A stretch of DNA of 60,158 bases from Gemmatimonadota bacterium (GTDB lineage Bacteria; Latescibacterota; UBA2968; UBA8231): assembly GCA_038153405.1 (NCBI GenBank), contig JAYOYH010000026.1, forward strand, positions 1-60,158. The letters run 5' to 3'. The notes below the pieces were generated by a model, which made no database searches, was not told the origin of the DNA, and saw only the letters and a program-made list of their open reading frames with translations. The first letter of the stretch is position 1. Every line of letters starts with the position of its first letter. This document shows positions 8,936 through 17,791 of this stretch, one piece after another. The position numbers and the translations under genes are program-made.

Positions 8936-10107
8936 TGCATATACGAGACCTCCGCATCCGCGCCGTCAACGTGCCGCGGGTCTACGACACGCGCGTAGCG
9001 GAAGCCGGCGGCCACGCACGGGCCAAAGCGGCCTCGCACTATTACGTGCTAGAGCTGATAACAGACGGCAACGCCGTTGGCCTTGGAGAAATCTCCGATA
9101 TAGAGCAGAGCTGGCAGACGCCCACGCCGCAGACACTGCGCCACATGCTGAGTCCGCTGGAGGGAGCCGACCCGCTGCGCCGCCAGACCACTTGGGAGCG
9201 AGCGCTGGCCTGCCTGCCAGGCGACTTGCATCCCGAACTGCACTCGCTGCTGAGCGCATCCATCGACACCGCTCTACTCGATCTGGCCGGCCAGCACTAC
9301 GGGGTGCCGCTCCACGTTTTATTCGGCGGGTGCAACCAAATGCGCGTGCAGGTGTCGTGGGTCGCCTTTATACGCACGCTCGACGAGATCGAACGGGAGA
9401 TTGCTGCCAAGGTCGCCGAGGGGTTTACCGCCTTCAAGCTCAAGGTAGGCGACGAACCCGAACTCGATGCGCAGCGCGTACAGCTGTGTCGCCACTTAGC
9501 CGGTCCTGATGCCTATATCAAAATCGATGCATCAGGCCAGTGGCGCGAAGAAGAAGCCGTAGAGCACATCTGTGCGCTGGCGGCCGTCGGCGCCAATGCC
9601 GTCGAGACGCCCCTGCGCGTCGCGGCGCGCGCTGTGGCCAAGGATAATCCGCAGCAGGTATCCGACCATGCCGACGACGTCGCCGCTGCGCTGGCGCGCG
9701 TGCGTCAGCGCACGCCCATTGATCTCATCGAACACGTCGCCGACTTTGACGAGCGCTTCGCCCTCGCGCTGATCCGCCACCGCGCCGTCGACGTCTTTAA
9801 CGTCGTTCCGGTACAAGCAGGCAGTCTGCACCGCGCCGAGCGGCTGCTACACATAGCGGCAGCTGGCGGCCTGCCCGCCCTATTGGGCAGCACGGTTGAG
9901 CTGGGCATTGGCACGGCGGCAGCCACGCATCTGGCCGTGGCCAGTCCCACCGTGCGCATCGCCTCCGACTTAGTCGGACCGGGCCTATTGGCCGGCGCAG
10001 TAACCAATCCAGCGCTGGCCTATGAAGGAGGCTATATCCACCCGCCGTCTGGCGCAGGGCTTGGCGTGCAATTAGATGAAGAGCGCATGGAGGTATTTGC
10101 TGCATGA
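8935..10107 (+). CDS. mandelate racemase/muconate lactonizing enzyme (enolase superfamily) protein
   Basis: GLGE, IDTALLDLAG, PLHVLFGG, FKLKVG, IDA, ETP, GAGLGVQLD. Confidence 0.85.
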   Translation: MHIRDLRIRAVNVPRVYDTRVAEAGGHARAKAASHYYVLELITDGNAVGLGEISDIEQSWQTPTPQTLRHMLSPLEGADPLRRQTTWERALACLPGDLHPELHSLLSASIDTALLDLAGQHYGVPLHVLFGGCNQMRVQVSWVAFIRTLDEIEREIAAKVAEGFTAFKLKVGDEPELDAQRVQLCRHLAGPDAYIKIDASGQWREEEAVEHICALAAVGANAVETPLRVAARAVAKDNPQQVSDHADDVAAALARVRQRTPIDLIEHVADFDERFALALIRHRAVDVFNVVPVQAGSLHRAERLLHIAAAGGLPALLGSTVELGIGTAAATHLAVASPTVRIASDLVGPGLLAGAVTNPALAYEGGYIHPPSGAGLGVQLDEERMEVFAA

Positions 10108-11180
10108 ACCAACGATTGAGCTGCATCCAAACGGCAAGGCGCCTAGTCGATTTTCACCTCGGCGATCCGACTGCCGTGCTGGCGTGCGTCGATAGCCATC
10201 TCGACGCGCTCGAAGCGCTGGTAGACGACGCCGGTCGGCGCGGCTGCGACGCGGCGGTATTGCCCGAGGACACCCTGGGTTTAGAGCACTGGTCTGGGGT
10301 TAACGAAGACCTGTGGGATGCCGTGCTGCCGACCGCCGTGGAGCGCATGCTGACGCGTCTGGGCGCAGCCTGTGCGCGCCATGCGATGTACTTGGTCTGC
10401 TGCAGCGATTCGCTCGAGGGTAGCGCGCGCTACAACACGGCGTTTTTACTGGGGCGCGACGGGGTCGAAGTCGGTCGCTATAGGAAGATCAATATGCCCT
10501 ATAGCGAGTTGGGCGCACGCGCGCGCGGCGACGCATACCCGGTATTTGAAACGCCCGACCTGGGTGGTATCGGACTGCTTATTTGCTACGATATGGTCTT
10601 TCCCGAGGCCGTGCGCTGTTTGGCGCTCAACGGCGCCGACGTCGTATTTGTACCAACCCTAGGCGGGGCCTGCATGGCCGGTGGCGCCGATATGAACCGC
10701 GCGGCTTTCCGCACGCGCGCAGTCGACAACTTCGTCTATTTGGCCGTAGCGCACCGCGGCAGCGGCAGCCTGATCATAGCGCCCGATGGCCAAGTGCTTA
10801 GCGAAGGAGGAGGCGCAGACGACATTCTCGTCGCCGACGTCGACCCCTTCGGCGGGCGCGAAGGCGGCAACGCCTTTGACTGGCAGGCCGATATGCGCGC
10901 ACGCCTCTTTCGCGAGCGAGCGCCAGAGAGCTATGGAGTGCTGACGCAGGCGCATTCTCCCGCGCTGGACAAGTGGCGCAGTGACGACCGTCCCCAAGAG
11001 ATAACGCGGCGCTGTAGTCGCGTCCTCACCGTTGGCGAAGAGGCGTTTCGTGCAGCTGAGGCCCTCCTCAAAGCAGGCCAAATCGAGGAGGCCAAACGCG
11101 CCTTTGCAGCACTCTGCCAAGCGTATAAGGGCAGTTGGATCGAACGCGTCGGACGCGCCCGCATTAGCGAAATTTCCTAA
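10104..11180 (+). CDS. carbon-nitrogen hydrolase (nitrilase superfamily) with C-terminal helical extension
   Basis: Catalytic E-K-C triad in VLPED, YRK and LICYDMVFPE; LALNGADV. Confidence 0.88.
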   Translation: MNQRLSCIQTARRLVDFHLGDPTAVLACVDSHLDALEALVDDAGRRGCDAAVLPEDTLGLEHWSGVNEDLWDAVLPTAVERMLTRLGAACARHAMYLVCCSDSLEGSARYNTAFLLGRDGVEVGRYRKINMPYSELGARARGDAYPVFETPDLGGIGLLICYDMVFPEAVRCLALNGADVVFVPTLGGACMAGGADMNRAAFRTRAVDNFVYLAVAHRGSGSLIIAPDGQVLSEGGGADDILVADVDPFGGREGGNAFDWQADMRARLFRERAPESYGVLTQAHSPALDKWRSDDRPQEITRRCSRVLTVGEEAFRAAEALLKAGQIEEAKRAFAALCQAYKGSWIERVGRARISEIS

Positions 11181-11207
11181 ACATTCTCTCGTATCGAACT
11201 GCACGTA

Positions 11208-11236
11208 TTGCCGATCGCAAGATCGCGGAATATGTT
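11208..11236 (+). promoter_or_regulatory. probable sigma-70 promoter of purM
   Basis: TTGCCG-17 bp-TATGTT. Confidence 0.5.
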
Positions 11237-11277
11237 AGTAAGAGACCTATTTGCATTCTTCTGAAGAAAGGAACGCC

Positions 11278-12312
11278 GTGGCAGAGTTCACCTATGCCAG
11301 TTCCGGTGTCGACATCGACAACGCCGACGCAACGAAACGCGAAATGGCGCGCAGCCTGGCGACCAGCGATCCGCGCGTGCTCAATACAATAGGCGCCTTT
11401 GCCACGCTCTTTGACGGCCACTTCCCCCAGTACCAGCATCCTGTGCTGGTCATTAAGAGCGAAGAACCCGGTTCCAAGCAAAAGCTCGCTTTTGCCCATG
11501 GCCGCTACGAATCGGTCTGCTACGATCTGGTTAACCACCTCATCAACGACATCATTGTCATGGGCGCCCATCCGCTATCTATGCAGGATGTGATCGTCTG
11601 CGGCAAGCTGGAAAAAGAGGTCATCACGCGCGTGGTCGACGGCATGGCGACGGCCTGTCGCCAGCAGGAATGCACGCTGACCGGCGGCGAGACGTCCGAG
11701 CAGCCCGGCGTCGTGCCGGCGGGGACCTACATACTCACCGCCAGCGTCGTCGGCATCGCAGAAAAGAGCCAGATCATCGACGGGTCGCGCATCTCGGCGG
11801 GTGACAAGGTCCTCGCCGTAGCCTCCAACGGACTGCACACCAATGGCTATACGCTGGTGCGTGCACTGCTCGACGCGCAGCCCGATCTGGCACGCGCCGA
11901 CGTCGAGGGGGAATCCTTTCTCGATGCGATCCTGCGCCCACACCGCTGCTACTACCGCGCCGTGCGCAAGCTCTATGCCGGCAGCGCGCTGCGCGGCATG
12001 GCACATATTACCGGCGGCGGAGTGCGCGATAACCTCAGCCGCGTGTTGCCGGCCGACCTCGATGCCCATGTCGACCTGGGCGCGTTTGAAATTCCACCAG
12101 TGTTCCACACGCTCTACGAGCGCGGCCAGCTCGATCCGGCCGATATGATGCGCACCTTCAATATGGGAGTCGGACTCGCGCTCGTCGTGGCAGATGGCGT
12201 TCAGGACGAGGTCATTGCCCATCTAGCGCAGCACGAATGTCGCGCCTATCCCATCGGCGAAATCATCAGCGGTAGCAAGCAAGTGCAGTTTAGCGGACAG
12301 CTCGCCCTTTGA
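11278..12312 (+). CDS. purM: phosphoribosylformylglycinamidine cyclo-ligase (AIR synthetase)
   Basis: TYASSGVDI, GGETSEQPG, ASNGLHTNGYTL, AHITGGG, MRTFNMGVG; GTG start after AAGGA. Confidence 0.95.
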   Translation: MAEFTYASSGVDIDNADATKREMARSLATSDPRVLNTIGAFATLFDGHFPQYQHPVLVIKSEEPGSKQKLAFAHGRYESVCYDLVNHLINDIIVMGAHPLSMQDVIVCGKLEKEVITRVVDGMATACRQQECTLTGGETSEQPGVVPAGTYILTASVVGIAEKSQIIDGSRISAGDKVLAVASNGLHTNGYTLVRALLDAQPDLARADVEGESFLDAILRPHRCYYRAVRKLYAGSALRGMAHITGGGVRDNLSRVLPADLDAHVDLGAFEIPPVFHTLYERGQLDPADMMRTFNMGVGLALVVADGVQDEVIAHLAQHECRAYPIGEIISGSKQVQFSGQLAL

Positions 12313-12494
12313 AAGAGCAGACCGAACAGGACCTCTGCACCCACTGCCTGCACGCGCGACGCATTGAATCGGGGCGCGGGTCGACGTTTTATCTATGCCG
12401 CTTGCACGCCGTAGACGAGCGCTTCAGCAAATACCCTCACCGGCCCGTGCGCCAATGCACCGGTTATAAGAAAACAGAAGAATCTCCAACGTAG
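12309..12494 (+). CDS. small Cys-rich hypothetical protein (putative metal binding)
   Basis: TTG start overlaps the purM stop (TTGA); CTHC..H, FYLC, RFSKYP..PV..C. Confidence 0.65.
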   Translation: MKEQTEQDLCTHCLHARRIESGRGSTFYLCRLHAVDERFSKYPHRPVRQCTGYKKTEESPT

Positions 12495-12520
12495 CCGCTC
12501 TGTTGAGGTAGGAGGTTTCT

Positions 12521-12835
12521 ATGGCCAAACGCCGACGGCGAAAAGAGCGCCGCACCCTTCCTTTACCCGCACACAGCAGGGTACTCGCCGCCATCGGCCT
12601 GCTTTTTATTGCCCTGTTTATCGTCCTGTTGTACACCAGCGACGACCGCTCTTGGCAGGAGTATATCGGCGCGGGTGATCGCGCCTACGAGCGCGGCAAT
12701 TACGCCTGGGCAGAAAAGATGTACCGCGAAGCGCTGCAGTATGCCGAACAGAGCGACAAAGACGGTCCCCTAGTCGCTAAAACCTGGCGCCACCTGCATC
12801 GTTTAGAGCAGGCGCGCAGTCGATCGGTCCCCTAG
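12521..12835 (+). CDS. single-pass membrane protein with one TPR-like repeat
   Basis: RBS AGGAGG; basic N-terminus, hydrophobic helix, AGDRAYERGNYAWAEKMYREAL. Confidence 0.7.
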   Translation: MAKRRRRKERRTLPLPAHSRVLAAIGLLFIALFIVLLYTSDDRSWQEYIGAGDRAYERGNYAWAEKMYREALQYAEQSDKDGPLVAKTWRHLHRLEQARSRSVP

Positions 12836-13133
12836 CAAAAACCCTATTTATCGCCCCCAGCGCAGCGGCCTCGGCACAACAAATAGCCCCATAAATGCGC
12901 CGGCAGCGGCGCACCCAATCCAGCGCAGCTCTTTCAACTCGTTGCAGCGGATCTTTGCCATTGGCCAAGTGCAAGCAGGTCGGTCTTTTGTGCGCGAGCG
13001 TGATTCCTTTGCGACATCTCAAGCTCATATGAGGTTTACGCGTCGCATCGAGGACTCCAACTCAAGCGAAGTGAACGTAGCACAAAACACTGTATTACAG
13101 ACACTTATAGAAAAATGAATTATTCTGCGACGA

Positions 13134-13149
13134 TGGCATACCCCTTGCT
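13134..13149 (+). promoter_or_regulatory. sigma-54 (-24/-12) promoter
   Basis: TGGCAT-ACCCC-TTGCT with the exact 10-nt GG to GC spacing; AT-rich tract upstream. Confidence 0.6.
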
Positions 13150-13164
13150 CAACCTTGAGCAAGG
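13143..13164. promoter_or_regulatory. perfect 22-bp palindrome (candidate operator)
   Basis: CCTTGCTCAA-CC-TTGAGCAAGG. Confidence 0.5.
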
Positions 13165-13204
13165 CAGTAAGGAACCACATAACCCTCTTTCAAAGGAGGC
13201 CGTA

Positions 13205-13321
13205 GTGAAATACAGAGCGCCTTTCCAGCTTCTCAAAGAAACCCTGTTACCAGGGCTCTTAGCTCTTGCCTGGGGCATGTTTGTCCTGACACATACGCTG
13301 CACGCGTATAAGAGCTTGTAG
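13205..13321 (+). CDS. 38-aa small membrane peptide
   Basis: AAGGAGG 5 nt before GTG; MKYRAPFQLLKETLLPGLLALAWGMFVLTHTLHAYKSL has one hydrophobic segment. Confidence 0.6.
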   Translation: MKYRAPFQLLKETLLPGLLALAWGMFVLTHTLHAYKSL

Positions 13322-13429
13322 AAGCGCGCAAATGGCTGCGCTTGTATTGGGGTGACCGAGTCTGCCGCACCGCGTGCTAACTGCACGCGGGCATGCTATC
13401 GGGAGCACGGCTCGGTTGCCCTTGCCTTT

Positions 13430-14158
13430 TTATTGCCTCACCCGCTGCGCTAACGCCTCGATTAATCGGGCGCATTCGGCGCGCGCCTCGGCCAATCCAG
13501 CAACCGTCGCACTGCCCGCTTTGAGATAGTTCAGCACCACGTCCTCTGCGGCGACGTACTCGCGGCAGACGTCGGCCAGTTGGCTAGCGACTTGGCGGGG
13601 TATCGCCGTGACGCCATTGGCATCGGCGTGCAGCAAGTCGCCCGCGTGGACTACCATCCCCCCCACGCGCACAGGAACCGACAAATCGACAATATGGCCA
13701 TAGCCATGCGAGCAAATAGACCCGCTGCTAAAGGCGGCAAAGCCCAGCGCCCGCACCTGCTCTAGGTCGCGCGCGGCGCCGCTGGTAATAAGGCCTGTGG
13801 CGCCAAAGGCCTTGTAGGTCGTGCACATCACCTCGCCAAACGAGGCGGCCATGGCCGGATCGTCCAAGTCTTGAAATACGACGATGGGCGGGCCGGGAAT
13901 CTCTGCAAATGCGTCGACTTGGGCATCGATGGTCGCATAGACATCGCCGCCGCGCGCCGGTGCCGCCGCGCGATAGGTCGCCGTCGCCGCATAGCCGGCA
14001 ATCGGCGCCATTTCGGGGAAACAAGCGCGAATGCGCTCGTCCATATAACCGGCACTGCGCGGACGCACGTCAAAGACTTCTATGGCGTTACAAATCGTCG
14101 GCGTATCGTACTGACACAGGCGTGCAATTTCGTCACGACTCAGCCCTTCTGCACACAT
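13430..14158 (-). CDS. RraA family protein (HMG aldolase-like)
   Basis: DTPTICNAIE, GYAATA, FGEVM, SGAARD, GDLLHADANGV. Confidence 0.85.
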   Translation of the reverse strand: MCAEGLSRDEIARLCQYDTPTICNAIEVFDVRPRSAGYMDERIRACFPEMAPIAGYAATATYRAAAPARGGDVYATIDAQVDAFAEIPGPPIVVFQDLDDPAMAASFGEVMCTTYKAFGATGLITSGAARDLEQVRALGFAAFSSGSICSHGYGHIVDLSVPVRVGGMVVHAGDLLHADANGVTAIPRQVASQLADVCREYVAAEDVVLNYLKAGSATVAGLAEARAECARLIEALAQRVRQ

Positions 14159-14245
14159 ACTTTTCTCCGCATATTCATCTTTGCACTCCGTTTTAACCCT
14201 CGTTGTGGGGCAAACTATCGCAATCGCGCCGCGCTGTCAAAAGGC

Positions 14246-14274
14246 TTGCACGGACGGGGACAGCGCCATACTAT
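14246..14274 (+). promoter_or_regulatory. sigma-70 promoter positioned for a leaderless transcript
   Basis: TTGCAC-17 bp-TACTAT, then 6 nt to ATG 14281. Confidence 0.55.
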
Positions 14275-14280
14275 ACGGCT

Positions 14281-14451
14281 ATGCTCGAACGCCTTGACGC
14301 CTTAGTAGAACTGCTGCACAACGCGCGCGTGGCCGCGCTGTGCGGGGCGTGCATTGGCCTCTACCTGCTGCGCGACATTGCCCGCACCGTGCGCTATATC
14401 TTTATCTCAACGCGAAGAACGTGGAGCACGCACCGCGAGGAGGACGAATAG
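14281..14451 (+). CDS. 56-aa hypothetical protein with a hydrophobic segment
   Basis: Leaderless promoter geometry; stop lies 1 nt before the C45 ATG and the ORF contains that gene's RBS (GAGGAGG). Confidence 0.55.
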   Translation: MLERLDALVELLHNARVAALCGACIGLYLLRDIARTVRYIFISTRRTWSTHREEDE

Positions 14452-14452
14452 A

Positions 14453-15481
14453 ATGCAGTCATTCCCCTTGGTCTGCGTGCGCGGCAGTGCGAGGCAAATG
14501 GGCATTCAACACGGTGAGCAGACCGCACCGCTCATCGAGGGCTACCTGCGCTGGATTGAAAAATCGACCGGCAAGGAGCGCGACGAGCTAGGCCAGCGCG
14601 CGCGCGCATTCCTGCCCTACATAGACCGATTGAACCCCCTTATCGTCGAAGAAGTGCGCGGCTTAGCTGAAGGCGCGGCCATTCCCTTTGAGCACGCGCT
14701 GCTGTGCCAGGTGCGCGGCGAGGCCACCGGCGCCCCTCTGTCCGAGGGCTGCACGGCGTTTGCTCTGACGCGCTCGGCCACCCTCGACGGCTCTGCCCTG
14801 GCCGGGCAGAACCAGGACTTGCCGCCAGAGTTTGCCGACGTCGGCATCGTGCTGCACGTCCAACCCACCGACGGTCGACCGCGCGCGCTCACGTTTACTT
14901 TCGCCGGACAGCTCGGCTATATGGGCACCAATGCGCACGGCGTGTCCCACTTTGCCAACGGCCTATCCGACTACTCGTGGCAGCTCGGCCTGCCGCACTA
15001 CCCACTCAAGCGCACGCTCTTCGAACAGCGCGATATCGCCGCCTGCCTGCACATCCTGCAAACGCACCGCACCTGCTCGGCGGCCAATATGGTATTCTGC
15101 GACGGCAACGGCGATATTGCCGACGTTGAGATTCGCCCCGATAGCATCGCCCTCTTCGGCGACGATCACCCCGATGGGCGCCTGCATACCAACCATTATG
15201 TATCAGGAGAATTTGCCCCGTTTGAAACGCACCGCACCGCAGATTCGGTGCCGCGCTTAGAACGCGTGCGCCAGCTCGTGCGGGAGCAATGGGGTCAGAT
15301 CGACGCAGACGTCATGAAGGAAATCCTCGCCGACCACCAAGGCGACCCCGGCGCGATATGCCGCCACGGCGCTGGGGGCACCCATTCGATATGCGGCTAT
15401 ATCGCCGAGCCTGCGCGCGGCGTGCTCCACGTGCGGCGCGGGCACGGCTGCCTGGGCTCTTGGACGGCCTATGAAGTCTGA
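14453..15481 (+). CDS. C45 family autoproteolytic acyltransferase/hydrolase (Ntn hydrolase)
   Basis: GIQHGEQ, EEVRGLAEGA, EG|CT nucleophile, GQNQD, G.NAHGV, HTNHY. Confidence 0.88.
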   Translation: MQSFPLVCVRGSARQMGIQHGEQTAPLIEGYLRWIEKSTGKERDELGQRARAFLPYIDRLNPLIVEEVRGLAEGAAIPFEHALLCQVRGEATGAPLSEGCTAFALTRSATLDGSALAGQNQDLPPEFADVGIVLHVQPTDGRPRALTFTFAGQLGYMGTNAHGVSHFANGLSDYSWQLGLPHYPLKRTLFEQRDIAACLHILQTHRTCSAANMVFCDGNGDIADVEIRPDSIALFGDDHPDGRLHTNHYVSGEFAPFETHRTADSVPRLERVRQLVREQWGQIDADVMKEILADHQGDPGAICRHGAGGTHSICGYIAEPARGVLHVRRGHGCLGSWTAYEV

Positions 15482-15494
15482 TCGGCTGTAGGGG

Positions 15495-16832
15495 TCAAAG
15501 ACAGAGCGATACCAAGCTCTTCACTTCTTCGTTTATGTCTTCGGATAGGGCGTTGCGCAGCTGGGCGACATCGGCATTGCCCAATCCCAAATGCTGTAGC
15601 ACGCGCACGTCGTAGTGGGCCTTATCGCCGGGCAAATAGCCAAGTCCAAGATCGTTGCACAAATTGTTGGCCATGTGAATCAGACAGGCCAACGAGGAGG
15701 GGTTTTCGCCGGGGTAATGGTGACTGCCGATGGCATTGGCCAACCTCTCGCCCATATTGGCGTTGACGATCAGCATTTGCCCGACGCGCTCGTGGCTGGC
15801 CACGTCGCCCATCTTGGCTTCGATGGCGCGGAAGGACGCCTGGTTCTTTTCGCACTGCTCAATAATGCGCGCAAACCAATCCCAGAAAAAGAAACCGAGC
15901 ACTAATTTGCCCACGTCGTGCAGCAGCGCGCCGATCCAATAGTCGTTGAACTCGACCTTTTCGCCCAGTTTGATCATGCTTTTGGAATAGAGCCGTTCGG
16001 CAATCAAAGCGCACCCGATGGAATGCTCCCAAAAGCGGCGCAGGTCAAACTCGCTCTCGCTGGGCTTGACTAAGTTATTGATCAGCTTGATTTGCTGGGC
16101 AATGCCCCCCACCTTTTTATAGCCCAAGCGCACGATAATATCGGTCAGCGACCACTGGCTGGCCGACCGGCCAATCCCGGCGAAGATAGGCGAACGCACG
16201 ACCTTTAGCAGCTTCATGACAATGGCCGGGTCACTGCCCAACAGGCGCTCTAACTCGACCGTAGTCGTCTTGGGATCGTTGACCAAGCGCATAATGCGCA
16301 TGATAATCTCGGGCAGCGTCGGCAGAGTGTTCAGATTGCGCAACCGATTCTCTAAGCGCTGCTGTAACTCGGAATAGGGGGCGCTGTCTAAATCGCTGAA
16401 GATATTGCACACGCCATGCCCTTCTAAGGCATCTCGGGCGACGTGCTGCAGGGAATGGTCGGCGTCTAAAAAAGCGCTCTCCCAAGAGCATAAATGGACG
16501 TTTTGGAGATCGCCAACAAGCGTTTGCTGGACGTCTAAGCGCTTTTGCGGCAAGACGAGAAAAATCGGTATGGCACCGTTGCGGCCCAGTTCCATCAGCG
16601 CGTCTGCACGAGTGACTTCGACATTCTGAACGACAAAAGCGCAGCGCACGCTCTGCCCCTCTTTCTGCACGATGCCGACGCCGCGTTCAAAGTCGTCGGC
16701 CACGCGCAAAGCCAGACCGCATTGATAGTTGAGCATCAGGTTGAGAAAGCGAACTAAAGCCTGCTGCGGATTGCCGGTTTGCTGCACAATCAGGCCGCAA
16801 TCCTGAGGGTTATCGAGTCTGATGCGCATCAT
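15495..16832 (-). CDS. HDOD domain protein with an uncharacterized N-terminal domain
   Basis: LPTLP, DPAIVMKLLK, FWEHS, LLHDVGKL, HERVG, SHH. Confidence 0.85.
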   Translation of the reverse strand: MMRIRLDNPQDCGLIVQQTGNPQQALVRFLNLMLNYQCGLALRVADDFERGVGIVQKEGQSVRCAFVVQNVEVTRADALMELGRNGAIPIFLVLPQKRLDVQQTLVGDLQNVHLCSWESAFLDADHSLQHVARDALEGHGVCNIFSDLDSAPYSELQQRLENRLRNLNTLPTLPEIIMRIMRLVNDPKTTTVELERLLGSDPAIVMKLLKVVRSPIFAGIGRSASQWSLTDIIVRLGYKKVGGIAQQIKLINNLVKPSESEFDLRRFWEHSIGCALIAERLYSKSMIKLGEKVEFNDYWIGALLHDVGKLVLGFFFWDWFARIIEQCEKNQASFRAIEAKMGDVASHERVGQMLIVNANMGERLANAIGSHHYPGENPSSLACLIHMANNLCNDLGLGYLPGDKAHYDVRVLQHLGLGNADVAQLRNALSEDINEEVKSLVSLCL

Positions 16833-16867
16833 TGAAGGGGGGCCGTTCGAGAGAATAACAACATGGC

Positions 16868-17584
16868 CTAGGCGTAGCGCTCAGCATCATCTTCGGGCGC
16901 ATAGCCTAGGTCGCTCTGCGCGTTCTGGGTATCCCAGTAGGCGCGCTTATTGCCGGAGATTCCGTAGTATACGCCGAAGTTGACACCTTCGACCTGTAGG
17001 CAGCGCCATACGAGTTGGACGGCATCGCGATAGCTCAGCCAGGTCGACAGGATTCGATCGCCGCGCCGGTTCTTTACCGACTCGTCGGGCTGGAACGAGC
17101 CAATGCGCAAACAATAGGCTTTCATGCCGTATTCGTCGACGTAAAAGCGCGCCAGGTCTTCGCCGAAGGACTTGCTAACGCCGTACAGACTGTCCGGACG
17201 CACGGGCATTGTGGGCGTCGTGTAGACCCCCTCCTGCTCGTAATATCCCGTGGCGTGGTTGCTGCTGGCAAAGACCAGCCGCTGCGCGCCGCCCCGCCGC
17301 GCGCCTTCGTAGGCACCATACGTGCCCTTGATGTTAACTTGCAAAATGGATTCCCACGGCGCGCTCGTGCTCGGGTCGCCAGCCAGATGCACGACCGCAT
17401 CGACGCCTTGACACACCTGCGCCATCCACTCGACGTCGGCTACATCCCCCACGTGCACGTCATCGACTTCAGCCTCTTCGATCGGCACGCGATCCATAAG
17501 ACGCAGCTGGCAGCGATCCTTGAGACCTGCGCGCAGCGTGCGACCAATGCGCCCTGCCGCTCCTGTAATGAGCACTTTTTGCAT
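16868..17584 (-). CDS. NAD-dependent epimerase/dehydratase, uronate dehydrogenase-like
   Basis: TGAAGRIG, VVHLAG, FASSNHA, RPDSLYGVSK, LRIGS, LSTWLS..D, LGYAPEDDAE. Confidence 0.85.
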   Translation of the reverse strand: MQKVLITGAAGRIGRTLRAGLKDRCQLRLMDRVPIEEAEVDDVHVGDVADVEWMAQVCQGVDAVVHLAGDPSTSAPWESILQVNIKGTYGAYEGARRGGAQRLVFASSNHATGYYEQEGVYTTPTMPVRPDSLYGVSKSFGEDLARFYVDEYGMKAYCLRIGSFQPDESVKNRRGDRILSTWLSYRDAVQLVWRCLQVEGVNFGVYYGISGNKRAYWDTQNAQSDLGYAPEDDAERYA

Positions 17585-17591
17585 GCGCCGT

Positions 17592-17783
17592 TTAGTCGTC
17601 TCTCAGCGCTTGGGCGACGCCCCAAACCAGTCCGGCAACGACGAAGGCTCCGACGGCCATGCCAACAATAAACAGCAGATGCCGCAGACGGCGCGCGCGG
17701 CGACGGCGGCGACGGTACAGCTGCGGCAGGTGGTATGCCGACTTTGCGCCGCTGATCGGCGCCCTCAATAGGGCCAAGGCCAT
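17592..17783 (-). CDS. 63-aa hypothetical single-pass membrane protein
   Basis: RBS GGAGG; fills the gap between two co-oriented genes with 7-8 nt spacing; poly-Arg then a TM helix. Confidence 0.6.
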   Translation of the reverse strand: MALALLRAPISGAKSAYHLPQLYRRRRRRARRLRHLLFIVGMAVGAFVVAGLVWGVAQALRDD

Positions 17784-17791
17784 ACCGCCTC

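Noticed and set aside
14453..15481. Penicillin biosynthesis acyltransferase
   Set aside because: The C45 family is widespread, and no ACV synthetase or IPNS gene is in the window
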